DNA from: Longimicrobiales bacterium
GTDB lineage: Bacteria > Gemmatimonadota > Gemmatimonadetes > Longimicrobiales > Gaopeijiaceae
Length of the DNA: 64,000 nt
Direction: 5' to 3'
Assembly: GCA_965204735.1 (NCBI GenBank)
Contig: OZ242008.1
Span: 1,664,001-1,728,000, forward strand
Under the pieces are notes generated by a model. It searched no databases, was not told where the DNA came from, and was given only the letters and a program-made list of their open reading frames with translations. Shown in pieces: positions 29,587 to 39,372 of the stretch. The translations under genes and the position numbers were made by a program. The first letter of the stretch is position 1, and each line of letters begins with the position of its first letter.

Positions 29587-31007
29587 GCCGGGCCTTTGCG
29601 CCTTGTCGCCTTCCGAAGGAATCGGCCAGCGTCGGCCGCCATCTCCGCCCATGCGCCGCGCCGCACCGAGCCGATCCAGCGGCCCATGCGAAGGACCATG
29701 AACAGCGCGATCGGAAGGGAGACCAGGTTCGGCGACCACATCGCCCAGAAGGGACCGGCGATCCCCCGGTCGGCCAAGTCCTCGCCGTTGTTGAGGCCGA
29801 TCTGGTAGAGGGCGATGACCAGGGTGGCCACCACGATCACCAAGCTCACCCCGCCCCTGGGGAAGCGGACGGCCACGGGCACCCCCAGGAGGACGAAGAC
29901 GATGCACGCGGAGGCGATCACGTACTTCTTGTGCATCTCGACGGCGTAGCGGTTCGCCAGGGTCGTCGACGCCGCGATCCGCCCGGCGGTGAACGCCGCC
30001 TCCTGGGTCACGCTCCGCAGGTAGTCGTCCATGGGCAGACCGTCCCCGTCGTAGCGCTGGTAGGGCGGCGCCGAGCGGAGCGAGTCCGCCGCAGCGTCCG
30101 TGCCCAGTGCCCGCTCCACCGCCCGGCGGGCCTGCGCCCGCGCTTCCCTCCGCAACGAGTCGGCCTCCGCGTGCTTGGCCGCCGCCGCCTCGCGAAGCTG
30201 CGCCACCGACATCTCCCGGTCGCCGCGGTAGTCGCTTCCGCTCTCTTCGAAGAGGTTGCCCACGCCCCTGAGCACATGAAGCTGCTCCGAGAAGCGGGTA
30301 TGCTCGAACGTTCCGCCGGCCGGGCCGCTGCGCCCGCCGTCCACTTCGTACACGCTGCCGTCGTGGAGGCGGAGCTGCAGGTCCGTCGAGAGCCGGTTCA
30401 TCGCCACCTTCCCCCGGGCCGCGTAGGTGGTCCGCCGGCCGCCGATCCCGGGGCTCATGTCGTAGATGACCACGTCCGTCAGCTCCGACGAAGCCGGATC
30501 GATGGCGCCGGCCTTGAGGAAGTAGGGTCCCATGCCGTCCTGCGCGTCGATCCGGTTGACCGCGCGCTCCCGAAGCTGAAACGTGGGACTCTTCTCTTGA
30601 ATGGAGGCCCGGAGGTTCGCGAGACGATGGTTGGCTTCGGGGAGGATCCAGTCGTTGAAGGCGTAGGTCGCGCAGCCCACGAGGACGCCCATGATCAGGG
30701 TCGGAATCAGCAGGCTCCTGGGGCGCACTCCGCCGGCGGACATGGCGACGATCTCGCTGGCCGACGCCAGTTCGCCGAAGGTGTACAGGACCGCCACGAG
30801 GACGGCCATGGGCAACGTCAGGGCTATCGTGTGGGGAAGCGAGAGCAGGAAGGCCTCGCCGATGATCTCCGGGGGAAGGCCCTTCCCGGCCAGGTCGTCC
30901 AGCAACCGCGCGACCGCGTTGACGAAGAGCAGTCCGGTGAGGAGGACGAAGGAAAACGCGAAGGGTCCCGCCAGCGACCGGATCAGGTACCGGGTCAGGA
31001 TCTTCAT
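29583..31007 (-). CDS. lptF: LPS export ABC transporter permease LptF
   Basis: C-terminal part of ORF 29583..37706: MKILTRYLIRSLAGPF, LTLPMAVLVAVL, EIVAMSAGGV, EMHKK, AMWSPN. Confidence 0.8.
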   Translation of the reverse strand: MKILTRYLIRSLAGPFAFSFVLLTGLLFVNAVARLLDDLAGKGLPPEIIGEAFLLSLPHTIALTLPMAVLVAVLYTFGELASASEIVAMSAGGVRPRSLLIPTLIMGVLVGCATYAFNDWILPEANHRLANLRASIQEKSPTFQLRERAVNRIDAQDGMGPYFLKAGAIDPASSELTDVVIYDMSPGIGGRRTTYAARGKVAMNRLSTDLQLRLHDGSVYEVDGGRSGPAGGTFEHTRFSEQLHVLRGVGNLFEESGSDYRGDREMSVAQLREAAAAKHAEADSLRREARAQARRAVERALGTDAAADSLRSAPPYQRYDGDGLPMDDYLRSVTQEAAFTAGRIAASTTLANRYAVEMHKKYVIASACIVFVLLGVPVAVRFPRGGVSLVIVVATLVIALYQIGLNNGEDLADRGIAGPFWAMWSPNLVSLPIALFMVLRMGRWIGSVRRGAWAEMAADAGRFLRKATRRKGPA

Positions 31008-31130
31008 TGCCGGGCGGTCGTCTTCATGGCCGAATCGTCGTGTTGCGCGGCCGGGTCCTCGGGCGCGCGGCTCGCGTCTTCCGTCGGTGAAATGTAGCGG
31101 CTGCGCTGCGGGCGCCCCGACCGCCGCCGC

Positions 31131-34100
31131 ATGAAGTTCTCCGAGCTGCTGCTTCCGGCGGCCGTCCTCCTGATCGGCTCGCCCGGCGATGCGACGACGG
31201 CGGGGGGCGCCTCGGTTGCCGGCGAGAGCCGTCGCGGCGCCCCGGCCGAAGCTCTCGCTGCCGCTCCGGACACCGTGCTGTGGCTCCTGCCCCAGCTTCG
31301 GCCGTCGGCCCGGTCGCTGATGGACCCTCCGGCGCGCCCGGTTCCCTTCGTGGTCCTGGGGCTTGCCCGCATTCCCGTGACCCGCTGGCAACGGGAGCCG
31401 GGCCTGCGCCTGGGCGTCTTCGGACGGACGCTCGACCCTGGAGGCTTGCCCCAGCTTCTGCCCGCCGGGGCGGCCGAAATCCCCGGAACCGCAGGAGTGG
31501 CCGAGCTGGCCGCGGCCGCCCGACGCGTGGGCGCGGCAGGGACGGCCGGCGCGGCGGGAACGCCGGGCGGGGCCGCCGTCGCCCGCATCCGCAACGAGTA
31601 CGTGGACCTGGGGTTCGCGCTGCGCGGCTCGGGCCAGTTCGGGGGCGACTGGACCCGGTACCGCCCCTGCGACGAGACGGTCCAGGTCACCTGCGAAGTG
31701 TCGCTCCTTCCCAGGATCCGCCCGGACTTCCAGTTCGCCGCCGTCGCAGACGGCTCCGTGGCCGGTCGGATGGTCGTGGACGTGGACTACGACCAAGCCC
31801 GCGAGTTCGCCGGCGCCAACCGGGTCAACATCCGCTACAGGGGGAAGTCCGGCGAGTTCCTGCAGCGCTTCGAGGTGGGCGACGTGCGCTTCGACCTGCC
31901 CCCGTCCCGCTTCCTGCGCGAGGGCGTCCCCGCCGGCAACTTCGGCTTCCAGGCGGCGGCGCAGGTCGGTCCCGTGGACGTGCAGGGAGTGTGGGCGCAG
32001 CAAGACGGCGAGGTCACTTCCAGGCGCTTCCGGCTGGAGAGCTCGGGCCGCCGGTTCTCCCGCACCGACACCCTGGTCCTCGACGACGCCGACTACGTGG
32101 AGGGCCAGTTCTTCTTCCTCTTCGACCCGGAGGCGTTCTTCGACCACCCCCACCTGGACGTCCTCTCGCTGGTCCCGTCGGACGCGCCCGCCGCCGTCGC
32201 TCCCGGCCCGGACCCGATCCAGCTCTACCGCTCCGAGACCAGCCTCTTCTCGCGCCAGCAGGTCGAAGGCTACGTCCAGGCCGACGCCGTGGCGGGCGAG
32301 GGGGAAGAGCGGGTGGCCGAGTCGGCGTGGTTCCGCTACCTCCAGCCGGGCCAGGACTACCTGGTGCACCCGAGCGGCCTGTGGGTGGTTCTCCGGTCGC
32401 CCCTGGCGCCCGCCGAGATGCTGGCGGTCACCTACGTCACGGTGGCCGGCGACACGGTGGGCACCTACAACCCGGAACGGACCCATCGACTTGGGGGCCG
32501 GCCCACGCTGAAGCTGCTGAAGGCTTCGGCGGCCCAGCACCAGCCCGGCCGGCCCACGTGGCGCACCGAGATGCACCAGGTCTACCGGATCTCGTCCTCC
32601 AACGACGTGGACCCGGGCTCCGTCGAGCTGGTGGTGTCGCTGGGCGAGGAGAGCGCGGGCCGGACGTTCGCGCGCAGGTCCAACGGAGACGACGTCACTT
32701 GGCTGCGCCTCTTCGGGCTGGACGAGGAGTCGCCCGCCGACCGATTGGACGAGTCCCACGTCTACCGGCCGTCCCAGGACTCCTTCGAGGACCTGCCTCC
32801 GGTGTCCGGCGCGTTCGTGGTCTTCCCGACGCTGGAGCCCTTCGCGGACCCGCCTCCCGTCCGACGGTTCGCCCTGGGGACGAGAGAGGCTCGGCGCATC
32901 CTCGGGGCCAACCGCAACGAGCGCATCTACCGCGACGGCGACCCCTTCGAGCGGGAGAACGGGGGCGTCTTCCGGCTCAACCTGTCCTACGAGGTGCGGG
33001 GGACGGGGACCGCCTCCTCGTTCGCCCTGGGCGCCGTGGGCATCCGCGAGGGGACGGAGCGGGCTCTGCTGGGCGACGTGGCGCTGGCGCGGGGCGTGGA
33101 CTACGTCATCGACTACGACGTGGGACAGCTCGTGCTGCTGAACCCGGAGCGCCTCTTGGCGGCGAACCCGGGGCGAGTCCTGGACGTGTCGTGGGAGCAG
33201 CGGAGTCTCTTCCAGATCGCTCCCACGTCGGTGTTCGGCCTGAACGCGCGCTACGACCTGGGGAACTACGGCGCCGCGCACCTCACGGGCCTCTACCAGA
33301 CCGAAGGCCAGCTGGTTCGCCGGCCCCAGCTGGGACTGGAGGCGGGCGCCGTGGGCCTGGGAAGCCTCAACGCCGACTTGGCCTTCGACGCGCCTCTCCT
33401 GACCCGCCTGCTGGACGCGGTTCCCGGATTGGACCCGGGCGGGAGCTCGGCCGTTCGCCTCTCGACGGAGGTGGCGGTGTCGCTGCCCAACCCCAACACC
33501 CAGGGAGAGGCGTACCTGGACGACTTCGACGCCCTCGACAGGCGCGCGCTCTCGGTGCGGAGCCACGACTGGCGGCGCGGGAGCCGTCCGGCGCACCTGG
33601 ACGGCGCGGAGGACGCTCTGCCGCCGGAGCTCTCCCAATCCACCTTGGCCGCCGTCGCCTGGCAGCACGCCTGGATCGAGCAGACCGCGGGCGGAGACAG
33701 CCTGGGCGTCTTCGAAGGCTTCAACCCTTCGGCGGAGATCGACCAGCAGATCAGGATCAGCGGGAGCGCGGTGCGCGAGCCCGGGCTCTTTGTGCGCTTT
33801 CGGCCCGAGAGCGGCGACCGGGAAGGAGCCCGGGCGTGGTCCTCGATCACGACGGTGCTCAGTCCCACGGGGACGGACCTGACGAAGAGCGACTTCGTCG
33901 AGTTCTACGTCCGGGACGGCGACTTCCTGACGCTGGTGCTGGACGTGGGGATCGTCAGCGAGGACGCCTTCTTCGCCGACACCACGGGTGCGGTGAACGG
34001 CACGAAGCCCGGGTCCGGCGTGCCCTGGGGCCTGGGGCTGCTGGACCAGGAGGCCGACCCCCGGCGGGGCGAGGTGTGGGGGAACCAAGCCGACGGCCGG

Positions 34101-37100
34101 GGCGTGTGGGACGAGGACTGCTTCGCTGAGCGAGGGCGGGTATACCCCTTGGGCGACCTGAACGCCAACTGCACCCGGGGCAACGGGCGGCCCGACTCGG
34201 AGGACCTGGACGAGGACGGCAACCTCGACGTGCTGGAGCGGCACAGGCGCTTCGTGATCCCGCTCGACGGATCGTCGCCCTTCCTTGCCCGCGACCGCGG
34301 CGAGACCGGGACCGCGTTTCGCCTCTACCGGGTCCCGCTTCGCGACCCGGCGGGGCTGGACGTGGGCGGCGCGATCTCCGAGGCCGAGCTGCGGGCGGTT
34401 CGACACCTGCGCCTGACGGTGACGGGTCGGCGGCGCGACTCCTTCGTCCTGGCCCGCATGGGGATCGTGGGCTCGACCTGGATCAAGCGAGGACCGTCGG
34501 GGACGCTGCGGGGCCTGGGGGGCGACACGGCGACGGCGGCGGGGCGGGTCGAGGTCGGCCCGGTGTCGAAGCTCACCGAGGGCGAAGGCTACGTGTCGCC
34601 GCCGGGAGTCGTGGAGGAGCTGGACGACCCGGCGGCGGCGTTCGGCGGACAGGGGATCGAGTTCAACGAGCGCGCCCTGGCCGTCGTCTTCGAAGACGTG
34701 CAGCCCGGAGATCGGGTCGAGGTGTACAACCGCTTCCCCCAGCGGCCCCGGGACTTCCTCTCCTACCGGGAAGCCCGACTGTGGGCGGTGGCCCGGGGGG
34801 ACTTCGGAACCCATGTCCGGTCTTGGTTCTTCGTCAAGATCGGCACCGACGACCGCAACTTCTACCTCTTCCGCAAGCGCTTGAACCGGACGCCCGACTA
34901 CCGTGGGGTGCGTCAGGAGGACTGGCGGCCCGAGGTGGTGATCGACTTCGACCGTTGGCTGCGTCTGCGGCAGCAGGCCGAGGGGGAGCTGGCGCTGGCG
35001 CCCCGGTCCTCGGCGGATCCGCCGCTGGTCCTCTGGTCCCCGGACTCGGCGTACGCCGTGGTTCTGCAGGACCGGGGACGGGCGCCCAACTTGGCGTCGG
35101 TGCGCGAGATCGCCATGGGCGTGGCCAACGCGACGGGCGCGCCGATCTCCGGCGAGGTGTGGGTGGACGAGCTGCGGCTGGGCCGGGGGCTCCGGGACGG
35201 CGGTCTGGTGGCGGCGTTCGACGCCGAGCTCGAGGGAGGCGAGTTCCTCCGCTCCCGGGCGTCGTACCGTCGGCGCGGCGGCTTCTTCAGGCAGCTGCGC
35301 TCGGGGCCGACCTTCCGAGACGAGCGATCCCTCGAGCTGGGAGCGACGATGCAGATGGGACGCTTCGCGCCCGAGTCCTGGGGCGTGGAGGCGCCGCTGT
35401 CGGTCAGCCACCGGCGAGAGGCGGAGACGCCGCTCTTCCTGAACCGCAGCGACGTGCGGGCCGACAGGCTGGACGGGTTGCGGACGCCGGGCTTCGGTCT
35501 GACCCGGGTCGACTTCTCGCTGCGCCGCCGGCGGCCGGGCGAGGGGGGGTTCTGGGGGGCGGCGCTGGACGGCTTCGATCTTCGGGCCGGGGTTCAGCGC
35601 ACCTCCCAGCAGACGATCGCCACGGAGAGCGACGGCGGAGGCGCCGACGTCTTCGCAGGGTGGTCGGCAACCCCGGGACGGAGAGACCTGCCGCTCTTCC
35701 CGGGGTGGATCGGCACTGCGCTGCGGGCCCTGCTGCCGGCGTCCGTCGAGGACCGAATCGCCGGCGCCCGGCTGCGGTGGACGCCCGAGAGCTTCGCGGT
35801 GCAGGGCGAGTACTTGAAGCGGGACCTGCGCACGGTGCGCTTCGACAGGATCGTGAGGACTCCCGCCGACAGCGCCATGGAGGCCCGGGACGTGCCCCGG
35901 CGGCTCGTGACGGCGTTCGCCAGGATCGGGCTGCGGCCCCTCGAGTCCCTGACGGCGGAGGCGAGCCTGACCAGCGGGAGAGACCTCCTGGACCCGGCGC
36001 GGCTCTCCGGCGACCCGGAGGTGCGGCGCCTCCTCGAGCAGGAGCGGCTGCGGGTGGGAGGCGCCGACCTGGGGTGGGAGGTGGACCGCCGCCTGGCCAC
36101 GCGCCTGGGCTACCGGCCCCGCCTGACCGAGTGGGCCCGGGCCTCGGTGCAGGTCAGCACCCTGTACCTCTCGGAGCGCAACCCGGACTTGGCGGGGCGC
36201 CGCCCGCTCGGCCGGGGCCAGGGGTCCGAAACGGCCGCGGACACGGCGCTGGCCCTGCTGCGCAACGCCCGCGCCGAGCGGGACGTGTCGGCCAGGTTCT
36301 CCCTGGACCCCGGCCGCATGGGACGGGCCGGCGTCGAGGGAGGCGCCCTGGCGGGATGGCTGAGGCGCTCCGTGGATCCGCTCACGGTGACGTGGTCCAG
36401 CGGCGTGGCGTCCCGCTTCGACCGGGACCCGGTGCGCCCGGGGGCCGTCTACGAGCTGGCGTGGGGCGGCCGCGAGCGGTTCCTGCGGATTGGGGCCGAC
36501 ACCGCCGCCACGCTGGGAGAGCGGGACCGGATCGCCGTGCGGGGCGGCGTGCGGCTGCCGGGCGCGGCCCTGGTGCGGCTGGCCTACGACCGCTCCCTCG
36601 CCGAGACGCTGGACACGCGCTCGGACCGGGACGTCCTGCGGCGCGTGTGGCCGGACTTGCAGGCCGAGATCGCCGGGTGGGCGCCGCCGGGGTTCCTCTC
36701 GGCAGCGGTGGAGCGGGTGTCGCTTGGCTCGGGGTACCGCAGGGAGACGCGCACGCTGACCTTCGGCGCCTCGGCGCGGCAGGACCGCTTCCGAGAGGAT
36801 CGGGAGGTGCCCCTGACGGCGGCGCTGGCGTTCCCCGTCGGGGTGGACGTCTCGTACCGGGGGCGCCTGAACCGAGGCGAGAGCGCCGATCCCACCGGCG
36901 ACACCCGCCGAGAGAGCAGCAGCCACGCCCTTGTCGTGTCGATCCGCCTCCGCTCGCCGTTGCGGGCGTTCCGCGAAAGGGGCGCGCCGATGCGGGTCGC
37001 CCTGGACGTGGGCTACCAGGACGAGGTCCAGTGCCGGATCGCCGTCGCCGGGAACCCGTGCGTCGCCTTCATCGACCAGCTGGAGCGAAGCGCGTCGGTC

Positions 37101-37262
37101 TCCCTCGACTCCCAAGTTCGGGACTACCAGCTGGGCGTGCGCCTCCGCTACCTGGACCGCCGCTCGTTCGTGGGCCGGCTCGCCGGAACGACCCAGCTCC
37201 AGCTCAACGTCTTCGGCCACTTCTTCCTGCACCCGGGAGTGTTCGCCGGACGGCCGGACTGA
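31131..37262 (+). CDS. sprA: SprA/Sov-like giant outer-membrane beta-barrel translocon (2043 aa)
   Basis: Segments matching SprA by recall: VDYDQAREF...LQRFEVGDV..LP, GVDYVIDYDVGQL, AYLDDFD, DSEDLDEDG, FRLYRVPL and GEVWVDELRL. N-terminal signal peptide. Confidence 0.8.
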   Translation: MKFSELLLPAAVLLIGSPGDATTAGGASVAGESRRGAPAEALAAAPDTVLWLLPQLRPSARSLMDPPARPVPFVVLGLARIPVTRWQREPGLRLGVFGRTLDPGGLPQLLPAGAAEIPGTAGVAELAAAARRVGAAGTAGAAGTPGGAAVARIRNEYVDLGFALRGSGQFGGDWTRYRPCDETVQVTCEVSLLPRIRPDFQFAAVADGSVAGRMVVDVDYDQAREFAGANRVNIRYRGKSGEFLQRFEVGDVRFDLPPSRFLREGVPAGNFGFQAAAQVGPVDVQGVWAQQDGEVTSRRFRLESSGRRFSRTDTLVLDDADYVEGQFFFLFDPEAFFDHPHLDVLSLVPSDAPAAVAPGPDPIQLYRSETSLFSRQQVEGYVQADAVAGEGEERVAESAWFRYLQPGQDYLVHPSGLWVVLRSPLAPAEMLAVTYVTVAGDTVGTYNPERTHRLGGRPTLKLLKASAAQHQPGRPTWRTEMHQVYRISSSNDVDPGSVELVVSLGEESAGRTFARRSNGDDVTWLRLFGLDEESPADRLDESHVYRPSQDSFEDLPPVSGAFVVFPTLEPFADPPPVRRFALGTREARRILGANRNERIYRDGDPFERENGGVFRLNLSYEVRGTGTASSFALGAVGIREGTERALLGDVALARGVDYVIDYDVGQLVLLNPERLLAANPGRVLDVSWEQRSLFQIAPTSVFGLNARYDLGNYGAAHLTGLYQTEGQLVRRPQLGLEAGAVGLGSLNADLAFDAPLLTRLLDAVPGLDPGGSSAVRLSTEVAVSLPNPNTQGEAYLDDFDALDRRALSVRSHDWRRGSRPAHLDGAEDALPPELSQSTLAAVAWQHAWIEQTAGGDSLGVFEGFNPSAEIDQQIRISGSAVREPGLFVRFRPESGDREGARAWSSITTVLSPTGTDLTKSDFVEFYVRDGDFLTLVLDVGIVSEDAFFADTTGAVNGTKPGSGVPWGLGLLDQEADPRRGEVWGNQADGRGVWDEDCFAERGRVYPLGDLNANCTRGNGRPDSEDLDEDGNLDVLERHRRFVIPLDGSSPFLARDRGETGTAFRLYRVPLRDPAGLDVGGAISEAELRAVRHLRLTVTGRRRDSFVLARMGIVGSTWIKRGPSGTLRGLGGDTATAAGRVEVGPVSKLTEGEGYVSPPGVVEELDDPAAAFGGQGIEFNERALAVVFEDVQPGDRVEVYNRFPQRPRDFLSYREARLWAVARGDFGTHVRSWFFVKIGTDDRNFYLFRKRLNRTPDYRGVRQEDWRPEVVIDFDRWLRLRQQAEGELALAPRSSADPPLVLWSPDSAYAVVLQDRGRAPNLASVREIAMGVANATGAPISGEVWVDELRLGRGLRDGGLVAAFDAELEGGEFLRSRASYRRRGGFFRQLRSGPTFRDERSLELGATMQMGRFAPESWGVEAPLSVSHRREAETPLFLNRSDVRADRLDGLRTPGFGLTRVDFSLRRRRPGEGGFWGAALDGFDLRAGVQRTSQQTIATESDGGGADVFAGWSATPGRRDLPLFPGWIGTALRALLPASVEDRIAGARLRWTPESFAVQGEYLKRDLRTVRFDRIVRTPADSAMEARDVPRRLVTAFARIGLRPLESLTAEASLTSGRDLLDPARLSGDPEVRRLLEQERLRVGGADLGWEVDRRLATRLGYRPRLTEWARASVQVSTLYLSERNPDLAGRRPLGRGQGSETAADTALALLRNARAERDVSARFSLDPGRMGRAGVEGGALAGWLRRSVDPLTVTWSSGVASRFDRDPVRPGAVYELAWGGRERFLRIGADTAATLGERDRIAVRGGVRLPGAALVRLAYDRSLAETLDTRSDRDVLRRVWPDLQAEIAGWAPPGFLSAAVERVSLGSGYRRETRTLTFGASARQDRFREDREVPLTAALAFPVGVDVSYRGRLNRGESADPTGDTRRESSSHALVVSIRLRSPLRAFRERGAPMRVALDVGYQDEVQCRIAVAGNPCVAFIDQLERSASVSLDSQVRDYQLGVRLRYLDRRSFVGRLAGTTQLQLNVFGHFFLHPGVFAGRPD

Positions 37263-37311
37263 AGCGGAGTTCCGGGCGCGGGCGCCGGCGCGCGGCACGG
37301 GCGGAGCCCTC

Positions 37312-37368
37312 GAAAAAAAATCAGTCCCAAATCGCCATGTAAACGCCCCTCTCCGGTCGCGAAACTGT
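37312..37368 (+). promoter_or_regulatory. Conserved upstream element of comEA-pilT-pilC (copy 1)
   Basis: G-A8-TCAGTCCCA-N4-GCCAT-N20-GCGAAACTGT. Aligns without gaps to 47788-47843. Confidence 0.65.
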
Positions 37369-37406
37369 GGTCCAAGACGACTTGGCGCCTGACGAGGAGC
37401 GGGAAC

Positions 37407-38130
37407 GTGACCGAGCGAGAACGTCGGAGCATGTCGCGTGCGGCGCTGCTCCTGCTGGGAGCGGCGGTCGTCCGCTTCCTTGCGTTGCCGGCGGCGTCGG
37501 AACCTCCCTTGGAGGGCCGCCCGTCGATCGCCGACAGCCTGCTCGTCGCCGGCGACTCGGTGGCCGAGGAGAAGGCTCGGCGAAGCCGCCCGCTGGAACC
37601 CGGGGAGAAAATCGACCCCAACACCGCCGGCGAGGAAGACTTGGATCGGCTGCCGAGAGTGGGGCCCTCGATCGCCCGGGCGGATCGTGGAGGAGCGGGA
37701 GGCCAACGGCCCCTACGCCTCGGTCGCGGATTTGGCCCGCGTCCCCGGCTTGGGCGTCCGATCCGTCGAGCGGCTCGCGCCCCACTTGGCGCTGCCGCCC
37801 GGAGGGCCGGCGTCGCGCGCGGCGCGTCCGCGGCCGGCGCGCGCCGGGGAGCGGGGCCGTTCGCCGCCGTTCGCCCGCACCGGGGCGAACACGCAGCCGC
37901 CGGGGTCCACCGAGCGCGCCGGAGCGCCAGGACCTCCTCTCGACCTGAACCGCGCCACTGTCCAGGAGCTCCAGCAGCTGCCCGGAATCGGTCCTGCGCT
38001 GGCGGGACGGATCGTCGCTCTCCGCACCGAGAGAGGAGCCTTCGCCGCACCGGAAGAGCTGAAGGAGGTGTCGGGGATCGGCGCCAAGACCTACGCGCGC
38101 CTTGCCCCCCTGGTGACGGCCCGCCGCTGA
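37407..38130 (+). pseudogene. comEA: ComEA family DNA receptor with two helix-hairpin-helix domains, interrupted by a +1 frameshift near 37675-37680
   Basis: Frame 37407 gives a TM anchor and KIDPNTAGEEDLDRLPRVGPSIA. The HhH continues in frame 37438 (RIVEEREANGPYASVADLARVPGLG...LDLNRATVQELQQLPGIGPALA...VSGIG). Removing one base from GCCCGGG restores one ORF. Could be a sequencing error. Confidence 0.85.
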
Positions 38131-38196
38131 CCCGCCCGCCCGGCTCGGCCCGCGGCCCGCCCTGCCGCCCCCGCAAAGCAAAGGAGAAGCCCCACA

Positions 38197-39372
38197 GTGA
38201 CCCGCTCGCCCGCCGTTCCCCCTGCCCCCGGCGCACCGCTCCCGTCCCGCGCGGGCGCCGCGTCCCGCGACCTGGACCCCCTCCTCCGCGAGATCGTCCG
38301 TCGCGGCGCCTCCGACCTCCATCTGACCGTCGGTCGTCCTCCGCAGCTGCGGATCGACGGGCGCTTGGCGGATTGCGACGGCGCCGCAGCCCTGGACGGC
38401 GACGATCTTCGCCGCCTCGCCGCCTCGTTGCTCGACGAGCGGCAGCGCGCGCGCCTCGCAGCCGGCGCCGAGATCGACTTCGCCTTCGAGGCCCCGCAGC
38501 TGGCCCGCTTCCGCGTGGCCTGCTTCCGCCAACGGGGTCGAGTCGCCCTTGTGCTCCGCAGGATTCCCCACGAACCGCCCCGCCTGGGCGACCTGGGGCT
38601 GCCGCCGGCGGTGGCGGCCTTCGCCCGGCGGCGCCGAGGCCTCGTGCTGGCGACCGGGCCGTCGGGATCGGGGAAGTCCACGACCCTGGCCGCCATCGTG
38701 GACCAGATCAACCGGGAGCGCCCAGGCCACGTCGTCACCGTGGAAGACCCCATCGAGTTCGTCCACCCGCACCTGCGCTGCATCGTCCACCAGCGGGAGG
38801 TCGGCGCCGACACGCGGTCGTTCGGAGCCGCGCTGAAGCACGCGCTGCGCCAGGACCCCGACGTGATCCTGGTGGGCGAGATGCGCGACCCCGAGACGAT
38901 GGCCGCCGCGCTGTCGGCCGCCGAGACCGGCCACTTGGTGCTGACCACCCTGCACACCAACTCTGCGGCGGAATCGGTCAACCGGATCGTCGACGCCTTC
39001 TCCGCCCAGCGGCAGCATCAGGTCCGCGCCCAGCTGGCGGCGGTGCTCCAGGGCGTGGTCACGCAGCTGCTGCTCCCCCGCGCCGTCGGCGCCGGACGGA
39101 TCGCGGCGGCGGAGGTGATGGTGTGCACGCCGGCGGTCCGGGCGGTGATCCGCGACGATCGAGTCCACCAGCTCCCGTCGCTCATGCAGGCCGGCCGCAA
39201 GCACGGGATGCAGACCCTCGCCGACGCCCTCGCCCGACTCTACCTCAACGGAGAAGTCGAGCTGGAGGAGGCGCTCAAGCACAGCGACGACCCCTACGGG
39301 CTCCTTCGAGCGGTGGGCGAGCCGCCCCCGGAAGGGTTCGCCCTCGCGGAGAGCGCAGGAGGCCGGCCGTGA
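38197..39372 (+). CDS. pilT: Type IV pilus retraction ATPase PilT
   Basis: ASDLHLTVG.PP, Walker A GPSGSGKST, TVEDPIE, LRQDPDVILVGEMRD, AETGHLVLTTLH, AVRAVIRD (AIRNLIRE-like) and GMQT. Confidence 0.92.
   Translation: MTRSPAVPPAPGAPLPSRAGAASRDLDPLLREIVRRGASDLHLTVGRPPQLRIDGRLADCDGAAALDGDDLRRLAASLLDERQRARLAAGAEIDFAFEAPQLARFRVACFRQRGRVALVLRRIPHEPPRLGDLGLPPAVAAFARRRRGLVLATGPSGSGKSTTLAAIVDQINRERPGHVVTVEDPIEFVHPHLRCIVHQREVGADTRSFGAALKHALRQDPDVILVGEMRDPETMAAALSAAETGHLVLTTLHTNSAAESVNRIVDAFSAQRQHQVRAQLAAVLQGVVTQLLLPRAVGAGRIAAAEVMVCTPAVRAVIRDDRVHQLPSLMQAGRKHGMQTLADALARLYLNGEVELEEALKHSDDPYGLLRAVGEPPPEGFALAESAGGRP

Noticed and set aside
29583..37706. 2707-aa minus-strand ORF and other very long overlapping ORFs (12059..17536 N-part, 14258..18157, 24255..28631, 56850..61586 N-part)
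   Set aside because: Shadow frames of high-GC coding sequence, rich in Arg/Gly/Pro/Ala with no motifs. Only the terminal segments matching lptF, the amidohydrolase and trmFO are real.
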